Shown here in pieces: positions 24,234-37,387 of a stretch of 64,000 nt of DNA. The stretch is taken from NCBI GenBank assembly GCA_030704615.1, contig CM060733.1, positions 74,958,001 to 75,022,000 of the forward strand. The letters run 5' to 3'. This DNA is from Takakia lepidozioides. Lineage: Eukaryota > Plantae > Bryophyta. Under the pieces are notes generated by a model that worked only from the letters and a program-made list of their open reading frames with translations, did not search any database and was not told the origin of the DNA. Position 1 is the stretch's first letter, and every line of letters starts with the position of its first letter. A program made the position numbers and the translations under genes.

Positions 24234-27200
24234 AAGTGTCAGGGTCCTCACTGACCACCTTCACTGGCTGATCACACACTGGTGGTACAAAGGGTTTCAA
24301 GTCCCTCCTACTTCTTGTCCATTCCTTGTTTGCCCCATCTCTAAGCCTGCATCTGCGTGCAGCTTCCCCTGTCCTTGTGGTGTTTCCTGCATCTTTGTAC
24401 CCCAAAAAGTCATAAGGTCCCTCCCATGGAGATGTCATGGAAGATCTCTTTCCAGGCCTCAACATCATAACCTTGCTGTTTTCCATCAACTTGCAGTAGG
24501 TATGCCCAGTTTGATGCCTCCTTTCATAATCCCTTGCCTGCTGCCGCTGCCCATTCTTCACACTTTTTCGCAGCTTTGCCTTCATCTCTGTGAGAAGCTG
24601 GATTTTCTGTGCATCATAAGTGTGACCTCTGCTACAGATCCATCAGAATTTACTGGTGTTGTAAGAAAATGCAACCTGTTGTCAATTCCCAGCCTTGGAA
24701 TTCTACCAGTAAGTACCTGAAAAGGTGAGAATCCAGTGGAAGCATGGACACCCATTCTGTAACCAAACAGGGCCTTATAGAGATTCTGATCCCATTCAGT
24801 GTCGTTTCCAACTCCTAGGGTGGTGATGCTCTGTTTGAGAGACTTAATGACCCTTTCCACCATACCGTTACACTGAGGCCAGTAGGGGGCGCTATGCTCC
24901 CTCTTTATACCGTATTCGTGGCATGTATCTTCAAACTCACCTCCCCACTCTGTGCCATTGTCAGTGAGCAACGTATGTGGGCAGCTATACCTGTCAATTA
25001 CTTCTTCCTCAAGAAAGCGGGCAGCAAGGGCTGCTGTATGATCTGCCACTGGTGCAGCTTCTATCCATTTTGAGAAGTGATCGATTGCCACCAGAAAGTA
25101 CTGATTGCCCCTGCTGGTTATAGGTAATGGTCCTGCCGTGTCAATTGCAACTCTGAAAAACAGATCTACTACTGGAATGCTGTGAAGTTTTGAGCTACCT
25201 GAGCGCAACACTCCGTTCTGTTTGGCCATCTGACATTTACCACAGCCCTTGAGAACTTTCCTGATGAGTTTTGTTCTATCATGCCAGAAATAACGTCGGC
25301 ATATCTCCTCTTGAGTTCTTCTGACTCCAAAGTGGCCAGTGGCTTCATGTACTTCAGTGATTATTGCCCCTCTGTCAGTTCTTGGTGGAACTACCCTTCC
25401 ATCAAAGTAGACCTCACCTTTGAGATAGGAGTACTGCCTTGCCCGCCTCTTGGCTCTTGTGCTCTCCTCTTTTGTCAGGTAGTCATTGACTTCTCCAAAA
25501 CATAAGAGGTGCATGACTTCCACATCATCAAGCACATCAGGTTGCATTTCCTCCTTAACAGCTGCTGTATGCTGGTCAGAGCTGATGAGAGAGCTTTTCC
25601 CCCATCTTTCAGCCTCACGTAATAATGACATCTGAGTAGCTTTGGTGGGTGCGGTCCATGGTACCCAGTCCCCTTCATCAATCTTGTTGCAAGAAGAAAT
25701 GTCTGGTTCTGAACCACTTGTTCCATCACTGTCTGAAGAACAAAACGTCTTGGTGGAACACTCACCCCCCATGTTTTCCTTGGCTGGGCATTTTGATGAG
25801 GAAGTCACCCGCGTTCTTCTTGTAGTTGGAGTGCTTGTCAAGTCTTGAAGGAATGGTGTCTCTTGCAAGCTTCCCTTTTCATTGTTCGATCTCTCTTCCA
25901 CAAGTTCACAGGCTGGATGTACCTCGCTCAGCTCCTTATCACGAGCACGAGATCCTCGGGTAATCACATGGATGGTGGGACAAGAGGGCATCAGATGCCC
26001 CTTCCTTGTTGCTGATTGCAGTAGCCTCTTTCCTTCCTGCACCCTTATCCTTCCAAATACCCTCCCTTACCAGATTGACAGAGCTTGATTGATCAATACC
26101 CTTTCTTTGTTTTTTTGTAGCAAAAGTCTGTGCAGCAAAAGTCACCCTCTTTCCTTCTCCATCTGGCATTATGCCTGGTTTCAGTTCTCCCTTCAATATG
26201 CCATGATCCTTGGTCAACATTCTACCTGTGGAAGGTCTTACTATGCCCGGAACGAACTCAAATGAAAAGTCACCAAGTAAGTCTATGCCTATGTGGTGCT
26301 CTGAGTACAGCCACCAATATGGATCTAGATCTGTTTCCAAAGAAAAATGACTTCCCAACAGTATTTTCTTGAAGTGCCAAAGGCCCCATACACATGCATA
26401 GTACTCTTCTCTTTTGCAAATCATCTCCCCTTTTTCACTGCTATACCCTACTTGCCTATGAGCTTCTTCTCTCAACTCCTCCTTACCCTCCTTAAATTGA
26501 AATAACGAAGCATTGATGGCACCCCTATCCCAAGCTAGCTTAAGAAGATAGGCTCCATCCCTCTTTCTCCCTTCTCTTTTCTGACTGTACAGAGAAGTAG
26601 AGTATACCTCGATTTCCTCGGTTTCCTCAGCTGGTCCCACTGGATACCTGCTTAGTGCATCTACGTTAGCATGCCTAGCACCTGCTATGTGAACAATTTT
26701 AAACTCAAAATCTTGTAACATCATGATCCATCTACCCCTGCGTCCATATGCGTCACTTACCGTTGCCAACCACTCCAGTGGTTTGTGATCAGTCCTGATT
26801 ACAAAAGGGGTTCCATACAGGTACTGCCGAAAGTGTAATACTCACCACACCAGGGCATAGCATTCACCTTCCATAGGGTGATATTTGCGTTGAGCATCAG
26901 ATAGTACCTTACTGGCGTATGCAATGACCCTCTCCTTTTTATACTCCTTTTGTGACAAGACTGCCCCTACTCCTTTGATGGACCAATCAACATCCAAGAC
27001 GAACGGTCTTGAGAAATCTGGTCTTGCCAGGATGGGAGCAGTTACCAACTTCACCTGTAAGGCAGAAAAGGCGTTTTGTGCCTCTGCACTCCAGATAAAC
27101 TTCACATCCTTTTTGGTTAGAGTGAACAACGGTACTGCCACTCGAGCATATCCTTTGACATAGGGCCTATAGTACCCTGTCATGCCTAAGTAGCTTTTGA

Positions 27201-30200
27201 GAGTAGTGTGGTTTTTTGGCAAGGGAAACCTTTCAATAGCAGCTATCTTATCTGGATCAGGCCACGTTCCCTCTTCAGAGATCACATGCCCAAGGAATAC
27301 CAACTGTAAGTTGGCAAAGTAACACTTGTCCGGATTGAGCCTAAGATTGGCCTTTCTAACCTTGCTCAATACTCTCTTTATATGTCCCACGTGATCTCCC
27401 CAATCCTTGCTATGGATATTGACGTCATCTACAAAAACTTTAGCGCAATCTTTGATTTCTTCCTTGAGAACCCTATTCATCGTTCTCTGAAAGGTAGCAG
27501 TGGCATTTTTTAGCCCGAATGGCATGACTAGCCATTCATACAATCCCTTCTTTGTGATCACTGTTGTTTTGCCTATGTCTCGGTCGTCCATTTTGATCTG
27601 CCAAAAACCAGATTGTAAATCCAGCGCAGAAAACCACTTGGCTTTCCCCAACTGGTTTAAAACATCCTGAATCAATGGCATAGGGTAAGAGTCCCTTCTG
27701 GTTAAACGGTTTACTGGCCTAAAATCACCACAAAACCGCTTGGATCCATCCTTTTTTGGTGGAAGGGTAATTGGACACGACCATTCTGAGCTACTCTCTC
27801 TCATCTTGCCTTGTGAGATCAAAGTCTCAATTTGTCCTTGGACCTCGTCTTCCTCCCATTCTGATAGGCGGCTGGGACGACTTCTGCAAGGGGGAAAACC
27901 TTGTGTGTCAATTGTGTGTTCCAGCTCACTGCAGTATCCCAAGTCAGCCTTGCTAAGAGCAAAGCATTCCTGGTTTGCTTTCAGCTCTTGTTCCAGCTCT
28001 ATCCTATGTTCTGGGGCCAGTTCTGGGTTGATGTGCAGTCTGGATTTCAGACTTCTCCAACGACTCTCCATTTCTTCCTCTTGACTGGGTTCCCAATTTT
28101 TTTTCTCCACCTGGCTTACAAAGTTAGCCATTCTCTGTCCTTCCTCTTGTGTGACAACCTGATTCCAATCATGGAAGTCATCCTCTATTTCTAGGTTGTT
28201 GTTCCCTAGTTCACCATTCCAAGCTTTCTGGTAAGCTTCCTGTATTATGGCAGCATCCATGCTCTTATGGGTCTCTTCCTGAAGGAGTTCAGACATCCCT
28301 TGGTCCTCGAACAAGTCCTCCCCTAGGTTGACCTCGTCTATTATTTCCTCAACATCCCTCAGTGCTGTTTCTACCTCCTTACTCTCCTCAGAGCCTCCCA
28401 TCTCCTCATCTTTATCAGATTTAGAGGTGTCAGAACCTGAGGATGCTTCCTCCGTGTCCTCATATTCTTCCTCTGGTTTTCTTTTCTTCTCCCACAAGCC
28501 TAGGTACTGTTCATCTGACGTCAGGGTTAAGACATTACCTGCTGACGTACTGCTTGCATATCTCATTCTACTCTCGACCCCTCTATGGTAGGCTGTTTTG
28601 GTAACTGCAGGCTCATTATAATTGATGGTGTGCAAAGGGAAGTGAGCAAAATCCTTTCCTGGCCCATAGCGTACGCGAATTGTTTCAGCTTCGGTGTCCA
28701 CTACAGCGCCAAACTTTTTGAGAAAGTCTAATCCCAGCAGCATGTGATATGTATCCGTGTTCACCACCATAAAGGACAAACGATTGGTCAGTTCTCCTAC
28801 TTTGACCTTGATGTCCTCAAGTCTGCCCATTGCAGTCTCAAGAGCACCTGAGGCTACTCTGTAATTTACATCCTTACTAGTAATGACAGATCCCATCAAA
28901 CCAAGATCCCTGACTGTACTAGCTGATATTACAGAAAGCATGGCACCAGTGTCAATCTGGCCTAATACTTGGTAATCTCCCATTGTAATCATTACATGAA
29001 GCGCTTTAACCTTACCTGTATAAGCATACGAGATCGTGGGCTCAGCGTGTGCTGAGTACAAAGGCCTTGGTACATCCTTCACAACTTCTACACTGTGAGT
29101 TGTCTCCCTTTGTTGGACCATTGCTCTTTCCACCACTTTGACCAGCCCTTTTAATTTGTCTAGCTCTCCGGGCACAGTCATGATCAGGTCCATGGGTGAC
29201 AACGATATTCTCCCTTTGTAGAAGTGGTTCAAGATTCTGGATTTCGTACCTCCTTCTATAGCATTCTTGAAATTGTTCTTTGGGTAGATTTCACTCTTGG
29301 TCTTGCTTGGCTGTTCACTGCTCTCACTATTCCTTTCTGGTGACCCTGTAGGTTCAACAATCGGACTCTGGACAGGTATGCGTGTCCTTGGAAGTCTGAC
29401 TTCATTGATACTATTTTGTGACATCAGATCTGTCATCTCTGCGAGTACATCATCCTCATCATCATAGAACACATCTACAAAGTTAGTTCCCGGAGTTCCC
29501 ATCATAGTTTGGTCGAGTTTTCTACCACACTCACTCTCCGTATGCCCGAGTAGCTTGCAAAAGTTGCATCTCACACCACACATTTTCGTGGAATGCCCGA
29601 ACCGGTGACATTTGTCACACTTAGCTGGGGTTCTTCCTTCAGGACAATATGCAGCTATGTGACCTTCTTTGTGACAAACATTACAAAGGCGAACACGAGG
29701 TGGTGTTCTAGATCCCGAGCTTTCTCCTATGACTGGTCCCCTATCAAAGTACTTCTGTAGGGTAGTGTTCAGCTGATCAAGTCTTCTGTCCACAGGGTTA
29801 ACAAACACAACTGACTCATCTGTATCATCTCCTTCCAATGGCTCTAGAGGTATTTCCCCTAACTTTCCCAGGCCCCTTTCAATCTCAATGGCTGTGTCAA
29901 GTGCTTCCTCTACATCAAGGAAGCGCCTGCCCAACATTACTCTTGCTATTTCTGGTCTCAAACCTGCTGCAAATCTACGCCTCTGTTCCAAATCAGACGC
30001 CCCACTTCTTATAAATAACCGGTTCAACCTATCGAAGTATGTTTGAACCCTTTGTCTATTCTCCTGTTTAATGGTATCCATTCTTAGCCTAATTTCTGCC
30101 AAGTCAACGATACCAAACTTGGCTGAAATTGCTGCCCTAAAGTCCACCCAGTTGTTTGGTCTAGGGTTTTGTTTACGGTACCATTCATCAGCCTTGGCTC

Positions 30201-30345
30201 TCAGGTTGAGCCTTGCTACCTTGAAAGTTTTGTCCTCATTCAAATCCCTGACATCTGCCTCCATCTGAATCCTCTCCAGCCAGTCATTTACATCCTCACT
30301 ATTCCTACCATGATAAGGCGCATCTATGCTGGTTGGACTGGTCAT
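24232..30345 (-). pseudogene. Gypsy gag-pol polyprotein, disrupted
   Basis: Three CCHC knuckles, protease IDTGA, RT LDLQSGFWQI/MPFGLKNA/FVDD, RNase H, integrase HHCC + DD35E, and GPY motif. Stop at 26842-26844; frameshifts at about 26000 and 24585. Confidence 0.92.
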
Positions 30346-30787
30346 CCTTCTATTCTCTAGTCAAAGTTCAAACTGTTTCAACACCTAATTCTGACTCTAA
30401 TTTTCCCGCAACTCCCTTAATGTTGACCTCTATACCACTCCCACTGTCCATTTCGCAACATCTCTACTTTACCTCCCCATGTCACCTCTCGTGCCATGGT
30501 ATTTATCTTCACCCACCTTCCTAACTCTCTTATCCAAAGTGCTATGGTTGTTCTTCCACCAGTATGTATTACTCTAAGACATAAATCACCATTCGCTATT
30601 CTCCAAGCACGGTTGAAGAAGTACAAACAAGGGTCTGCGTGTGCATTTGGTGTGCGTATGCTGAAGCAAATCAGCACATCTCCAATGCTTGGTTCATCAG
30701 GAATCAGTGTGTGGTCTCTTCCTGCCATCAAACCATCCAATACCAGTCAAGATCCCTAGCTAGTAGAAATCAAGATTTAACAACGTA

Positions 30788-30799
30788 GCTCTGATACCA
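30788..30799 (-). promoter_or_regulatory. Primer binding site (tRNA-iMet)
   Basis: TGGTATCAGAGC on the minus strand, upstream of gag. Confidence 0.85.
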
Positions 30800-32782
30800 A
30801 AAGAAGGGGCGTGAATCCCCTTCTGTATAATTCTAATTGTGCTCCCCTCCATTGATTGTGGAGCAAGAGGAAAGAAGCGTTCTTTCTAATCTGTCCAACT
30901 GTCGTCACTTGGCTGTGGGTTTCCCTCAGCTCCTCCGTGATCAGAGTTCAAGCAATCCTCATCCACGCCACAGAGGAAGGGAAGACATGGATGGGGAGTC
31001 AATTTGTTGTTCACTCTTGGTTCTACCTTTTACACAACATCCCCTATCAGCAGGTACAGCACCAGCTATGCTGGTGCGATGTATTCAGTGATGCAAATCA
31101 GCCCAATGGCAGCGGTAAACACGATCCTTTATGTGAAGCCCACTTGAGCAGTGACAGGTCGGAAATCCCCTTTTTGTAGTGGTGACACAGATTTAGGAGG
31201 AGGCAGCTCAGATCTTCATGGTCTGCAGGGGCACTGGTTTCTTTCAGGTTTTCTTCATCTCATCTCCCCAAATTGGCCAAACCCCCCCCCAACAGCCCTT
31301 TTGAATTGCAGCTCTCTCCTTACCCAAATCCCATTTTTCACTCTCTCTCTCTTTCTTTTCCCTTTTTGTTTGTTTCACTATCTCTGTCTATGTCCCCAGG
31401 TTCCCCACTATTTCACAGCAGCAGATCTGTCATGTAATGTGAATGCACACGCTGCTAGGCATCCAGTGCGGCCAGCCTTGAAGTCATCCTCGGTCTCTCA
31501 AGACACAACCATCCCATCCATCAGTCTCTCTCTCTTCTCTCTCTCTTGTCCCTTTTTCCAATGACCCATCGCTCAAACAGCTCTCATCTCTTTTGTCAGA
31601 CTTCAACCCAAATACCCCAACATCCCTCTTTTCCCTTCAACTGTGGAACGCAGTTGTTCAGATCCTGATCCCATAGTGAAATCACCTTATCCTTTCCATG
31701 TTTTTTTTGCAACTCCAGCTAACCATCATTGATCTCTCCAAACAAACAAGCCAGATCTACATTGGTTCTAGGTTATCACTACACACGGCAGCATGGTGTC
31801 CAGGTTTATGACACTGAATCAAATGCAAGAATGAAGACAACAGTGACCATTCTGAACTCAGTGACGAACAGGCTCTCTCTTTCTCTCTCTCTCTTCAATT
31901 ATTTCTCTCACTGTCATCACAACATCAGGTGCATCCATCCTTTCCACGTTCTGGTCTGAAGTCCAGAGTCTCCATTCCCATTTCAAAAACTTTTTCTTGT
32001 CACATGTCTCTACCTTTTCTCTTCTGCCAAGATGGCAGTCCTAAATCTACCAAAGCAATTTCTAAGTCCTGGCCAAAAAGAAGCCTCTGTTCATCGACTT
32101 ATCTGTTTTTATCCACTAGTGAAGCGGCGGGTCTGCCTGTCAAGGTGGCACCTTGCCATCGCCCGTCAGCAGCCACTTCAACCCTTTCTCTTTGTCTTGA
32201 TTCCAGACCTTATGACGCCATGATGGCTCCCCTTCTTCACTTGGACCATCCTGTGGCCTGACAACCAGATTACGCTATGCAATTCTTCCTCTCGAATTGG
32301 CCTGGTCCTATAACAAGGAGACACAAAGCAGCTAGAAGCTTAATGACAGAGAACCTGAGATACCATACAGCCAGAACTCCATCCGGGGGTTGTTCACTGT
32401 CGGACAAGTTCCGGCCTCTCTGCCCGAGGCGACTTCATACGTGCGGCCCTTGCTGGATATTCGGTGCCAAATTTTCATCCGGGGGTAGTAATGTGACGGC
32501 ACGGTGTCGGCTCCTCCCCTTCAGCCGACATCATCCGGACGGCCCCCCACTTTCTGACTGCATACCGTTGGCAGTTATTGCGCAAAGACCAGGGGCCGCA
32601 TTCCTGAGACAAGGTTCATTAACACTCTGAATGTGGATTTTTGAGATAGTTGGCTCCCTGGATTTGGATCAGGCTTCGTCGCTCGGACAAATCGGCACCG
32701 CATTCCTTCCCATCGCTGCATCCCCCTTCTACCAGGGAGCTTGCCCGCACGCCATCCTGGGAGTCTTGTGTGCACATCTCCC

Positions 32783-35700
32783 ATGGCGGAAAACCTGAGC
32801 GCTACAGTGTACTGCCCTCCTCACGAGCATAGAGCTTCATTTCCGTGCAGAGGGGACATCTGCCGGGTGATGGAGAAATATCTGTGCGTTCGATACCACC
32901 TGAAACCGGGGTCGGTTTTTTTGGAGGAGGAAATGAAGGACTCAAACGGCGTTGTTGTTGAGAGTATTGTTGTGCTCCACGATGATTTCGGCGATGGCAG
33001 GGAATGGCGAGTTCCACCATCGGACAGCATCATATACAGGGCTGTTGGGGACTTCATTTGCCCGCCAAATGCACCTTCTATCCTGGCGCCTTCCACGAAA
33101 CAATCCGCGAATCAGAGAGTGACTACCTCAAAGAGAGAAGTCCGCAACGAAGTAAATCCAGAGCCGAACCCATCCATAAAGACGAGCGAGAACCGGGTTG
33201 TTCACAACCTGTCCGACTCAGACGAGGTCATGGAAGTTCCGAGGTCGTCCTGGAGATCAGGCAAGTCCTCAATGGACGTCAGTGGACGAGGGAGTCATAT
33301 TCCCAGCACGAGCACCGCAGTTCGATCTATTCTTGAAATTTTGCGAGGGCTTCACATGGAGGGACACCGCTCGGAGCTGGTCGGGCTGGACTACAGCAAG
33401 TTCGCAATTAAATCGGTTACATGCCTTCCCGCAGACGTCGACGGTAATATCTTCTTTGAGTTCCCTCCTTGGACGGACTACTCGAGGGCGTCCGGAATGT
33501 TGACAGATATGGATAGAAAACATGATGGTCATCATTGGTGCGTCACCAAAACCACCAGCATGAAGATGCTCGATGGTGTCAGGGTGCGCTACGTTGTTTG
33601 TGCGGGCGCGTTGCGGTGTTTCTCCCCAACTTGCTTCCATTTTAAATCCAGAGGTCACAGGAACGAGACCGATTGGACAGGCACAGCTCATCAACCATTT
33701 CGAGCTCAGGAGAAGGTTCTGAACTCCACATTTAAGTGTGCGCATTGCAAAGAACCACCACACTGCATGTCTGTTTGTAATGCCAAGCAGTTCTATGTGT
33801 TGCACCGTTTCCTTGACCTCACCCGAGCTTGCATACACGTTGGTTCCCATTGTCACAAATTGGCGAGGGGGAACTCGCGGGAGGCTGCCCACGAGGCAGA
33901 GCAGCTCGTTCAGGAGGAGGTTAAGTTGAGACCGGGTGCCAAACCCAAACAGATACAGCTCCAAGCCGCCCATAAGATGGCATTGGCCAGAATTATGTCG
34001 GAAGACGGCTCCGATAGAGTTCCTCTCGATGAGAAGGAAATGGAGGCATTGCTGGAGTCGGTGTCCCACGTATGTTCACCGAATGTCCGAAACCACATTG
34101 TCTCATGCAAACCGAAAATTGGGCGTGGCTCGGATATGCACTCCATTCTGGAGGTGAAGCGACGATGTGGATATGACTACATTCATGGAAGTAGGTTTCC
34201 AGGACAAGGGACTGAGGCAGATCGTTGTTTCGTATTCAAAATGTCCACGTGTGGACCTGGTAGCGGCGTCGAACTGGTCGACAGGATGACGAGTGGGGAC
34301 TTGTCAAACAGTTGGGTCATGTTCGACCATATCAAGCGAATTACAAATCACCAGTGGGTGACAATGGCTGCACATGTCTACGACACCCACTACAGGATGC
34401 TAATGACAATTGCTATTTGTGAGATGAAACGAGATGACACACAATTGGAGATGCTTCTTTGGCAGGGAATAAACGAACAGATGGCCAAGGCGGGATTGCC
34501 CCCTCCCAATTTCCGTGGTTTCATGGCGGACAACGCACAAGCAAATTGGGCTGCCATCCAAAGGGTGTACGGGCAAGACCCCAATGTTCCCATGGAAGAC
34601 AAGGAGAGATCTTGTGGGTTCCATTTTCAGCAGAGCCTTTCGCAGTACACAACCAGGCTCGTGGCGCCAGATTTCAGAGAGGAGCACCGTTCCATGTGTC
34701 TTGCGTGGAAGCGCGCTCCCACCTTGGATGATGCAGAGACACAGTTTGCATGTATACGGGCTTGGTGGACATCGTCAGGTGCTGTAAGGAAATCAGACGA
34801 GGGAGCAATGGTCAGTTGTCACATCTGTTTGAAGGTAAAGAGTTAAAAGTAGCACTGCCATTATGCTTCCTAGGATGGTGTCCTTAGCCCCATTCAATCC
34901 CCTCCAACCTTTGTGGTTGGCATGGTGACATTATCGTTTCCTCCAGTTCGGCGACTATATGCGGGAGGTGAGTTGCACGAATTCGCGTCCCGTTGAATAT
35001 TATTCTTGGCATTATTTGTAACTTGCTTGTAACCTCAACATGTGCTTGTGCAGGAAATGTGTCTCGACTCCGACACCGACATGCCCACGACAAACATGGC
35101 CGAATCAGTGCATTCTTCCTGGCGTGCCTCCTCTGCGGCGCATCTAGTGGACATCCTCACTGCCACAACGGAGGACATTGTGAGGTCAATTATGCAGCAA
35201 TGCAGGTACAACGAGTTCTTGAAAGGGAAACAATGGGGCTTGGGGCCGGACAGGCAAGAAATGCCGATGCGGACTGCCTCCAGATCGAAGAATCCTCGGA
35301 AGTGGGCGGCGACCTTGCGAGAGGGCCTTCGGGACACGCCATTGCTTCGAAGAGGCCAACATTTGGAAGGAGATGTTCATACCCGTCCAGTGAGACGAAG
35401 ACTTGACGAGGCACCTGGCGGGGAAGAGGATTCATGGCGAGCTGACAAGAATATTCGCACGCTCCCTCGTGGTCCCGTGATGTTGCCCGAGGAGGTCTCG
35501 TCGAGCACCGCAAGTCCTGCACGTTCAAGATCGCCATCTCCTTTGAGCACAGGGCACGTGCCTGAGGAATATAACGAGCCATCTGTAGTAACACAGTACA
35601 ACATACCCATTGTGGAGACAAGAGTGTCGGAGTCACAGTGGAGAATTGCAAGGACTTTGCCGGCATTTCGAGGGAAGTGCTGCGCCATTCGGGTGGATAC

Positions 35701-36472
35701 GAGAGCATGCTATGGTGAGATGATTCGGAGGAACCCACACGGTGCTGTACCTGCACCTTGTTTCAGCGGCATATTTTTGACTCCCACATTTGCTCACGCC
35801 ACAACGCAGACGTTTTGGTTATGTAGGCACGACATAATGACCTATGTATTTGGCAAGCCCAAATACGGGATTCAGGGAATGCCGGAGCCTCCGGGCGTCT
35901 GGTCTGTTGCACCGGGTTGCAGCCTCTCTCAGAATGAGGCGGATGCTCTATCTGCAGCAGGATTTCGAATGGTGCAACGCACAGACATCCCGGCCCACGC
36001 ATTTCCAGTTCCTCAGACCCAGCCATTGCAGACTGCTCGGTCCAGTAGAGACGGATTGGACAATTCTGCACATCCCACAATGCGATTTGGAAGAGTGAAG
36101 AGACGACACCCTCCCAACAAATTGAATGAGACTCGGATTGCCAATGCTCTTGGGATGGCTTGCACTATTCAGAGCTCCGTGGACGTACCTCCACCCGGCC
36201 TTGGGTGTGTTTATCGGATGGCAACGGCCGGCTCGGCTGTACGCGACGATGTATACACAATTACGATTGGAGTGGAGCCAACTTGCAATTGTACGGACTT
36301 CTCGTTGATGGAAGCAAAGAAGGGTTCAAAGTATTATCCGTGCAAGCATCTGTATTACATTTACCTGAAGAGGTTGAGGATGAACGTGACTATTGATGAC
36401 TTTATTCATGCACCGGCGTTGAGCGTGAATGAGCTGCACAAACTCCTCCTTAGGGATTCCAGAAATCATTGA
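32783..36472 (+). pseudogene. MULE-type DDE transposase with N-terminal GCM-like Zn domain and C-terminal SWIM finger (family 1)
   Basis: DGHHW..CAGALRC..C..CAHC..C..C..HVGSHCH; MFDH, FMADNA, CGFH, TTNMAESVH; CNC-x15-CKH. Intron at 34968-35053. An insertion of about 95 bp at about 34818-34912 and a TGA stop relative to the copy at 60243-62590. Confidence 0.85.
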
Positions 36473-36619
36473 TGGGGCAAAGGGAATCCTCCATATGGAT
36501 ATTTTCAATTGCATTTTCATGTATCAGATTTTTTTTTGCAATGTAATGAAATGCACCCCAAAACTCCTGGAATGAGGCAATATTCCATTCAAACTGAGAT
36601 CCAACAGAAGCAGTTGTGG

Positions 36620-36960
36620 GGCCATTTCTGGAAAAATGGTGCCGAATTTCCCTATTTTGGGCCGAAAACTGGCTAAGTCCGAACATGCTCGGGAACGATG
36701 TCTGGAAAAATGGCGCCGAATTTCCAGTTACATGGCCCAGAACTGCCCAACATCTGTGCAATCCCCGGCACCATGTACCGAAATTCGGCGCCACATTTCC
36801 AAATTTTGGGCTTACACACCTATCATGAGGGGACCTATAGCCGAGGAATTCGGCACCATTTTTCGCCAGAGAGACCTATAACCGCGAAATACGTCGCAAT
36901 TCTTTCCGGTTACGGACCCTATTACCGCAAAATTCGGCGCCATTTTTGCACATGTCGCTG
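36620..36960. repeat. GGCGCC-core palindrome cluster downstream of the family-1 transposase
   Basis: Several AAAATGGCGCCGAATTTCC / GAAATTCGGCGCCA motifs. Confidence 0.8.
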
Positions 36961-37387
36961 GGAATTGGCATGAGCGGAAGACGAAATATCATGAGCACAA
37001 CTCTCAAAACTACAATTTCCCCTTCAAGGTGCCGAATAATATATTTGTTTTTTCTGATACATTCCATTAAATTAATGTTTTATAATGTTTTTTATTTTCG
37101 AAATTTGTACTTTTGCTCATGAAAACCGATTGTCTTGCTACTCCGCTCATGCCGCTCATGCTCATGAAATAGCTAACCTCTAATGGAGGGAGAAGGTTTG
37201 TCATATCATTCCACAACCTCACGAATGTTGCTATTGAATTGAAATGTTTTATAGTGACAATGTTCCAACTACACATTACACATCATGGTTGCACCTTTTG
37301 CATACTCAAAGTCCAAACCAACCTGAATTCAGATTTCCAATACCGGATTGCACATTCACCACATTCCAGAAATAGCAAGTCATCTAC

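Larger units (their letters stand above)
24212..32369 (-). mobile_element. Ty3/Gypsy LTR retrotransposon; no matching LTR pair recognisable
   Basis: gag-PR-RT-RH-IN order, PBS and PPT. The putative 5' LTR region is about 30800-32369. Confidence 0.85.
32370..37180 (+). mobile_element. Transposase half of the family-1 two-gene Mutator-like element
   Basis: Begins inside the GGCGCC array at the point where the 10649 half resumes. It ends in the CCGCTCATG-rich terminus shared with 19441-19478. Confidence 0.8.

Noticed and set aside
33269-34069. 266-aa antisense ORF, conserved at 61545-62345
   Set aside because: A shadow of the transposase frame; its conservation reflects recent duplication.
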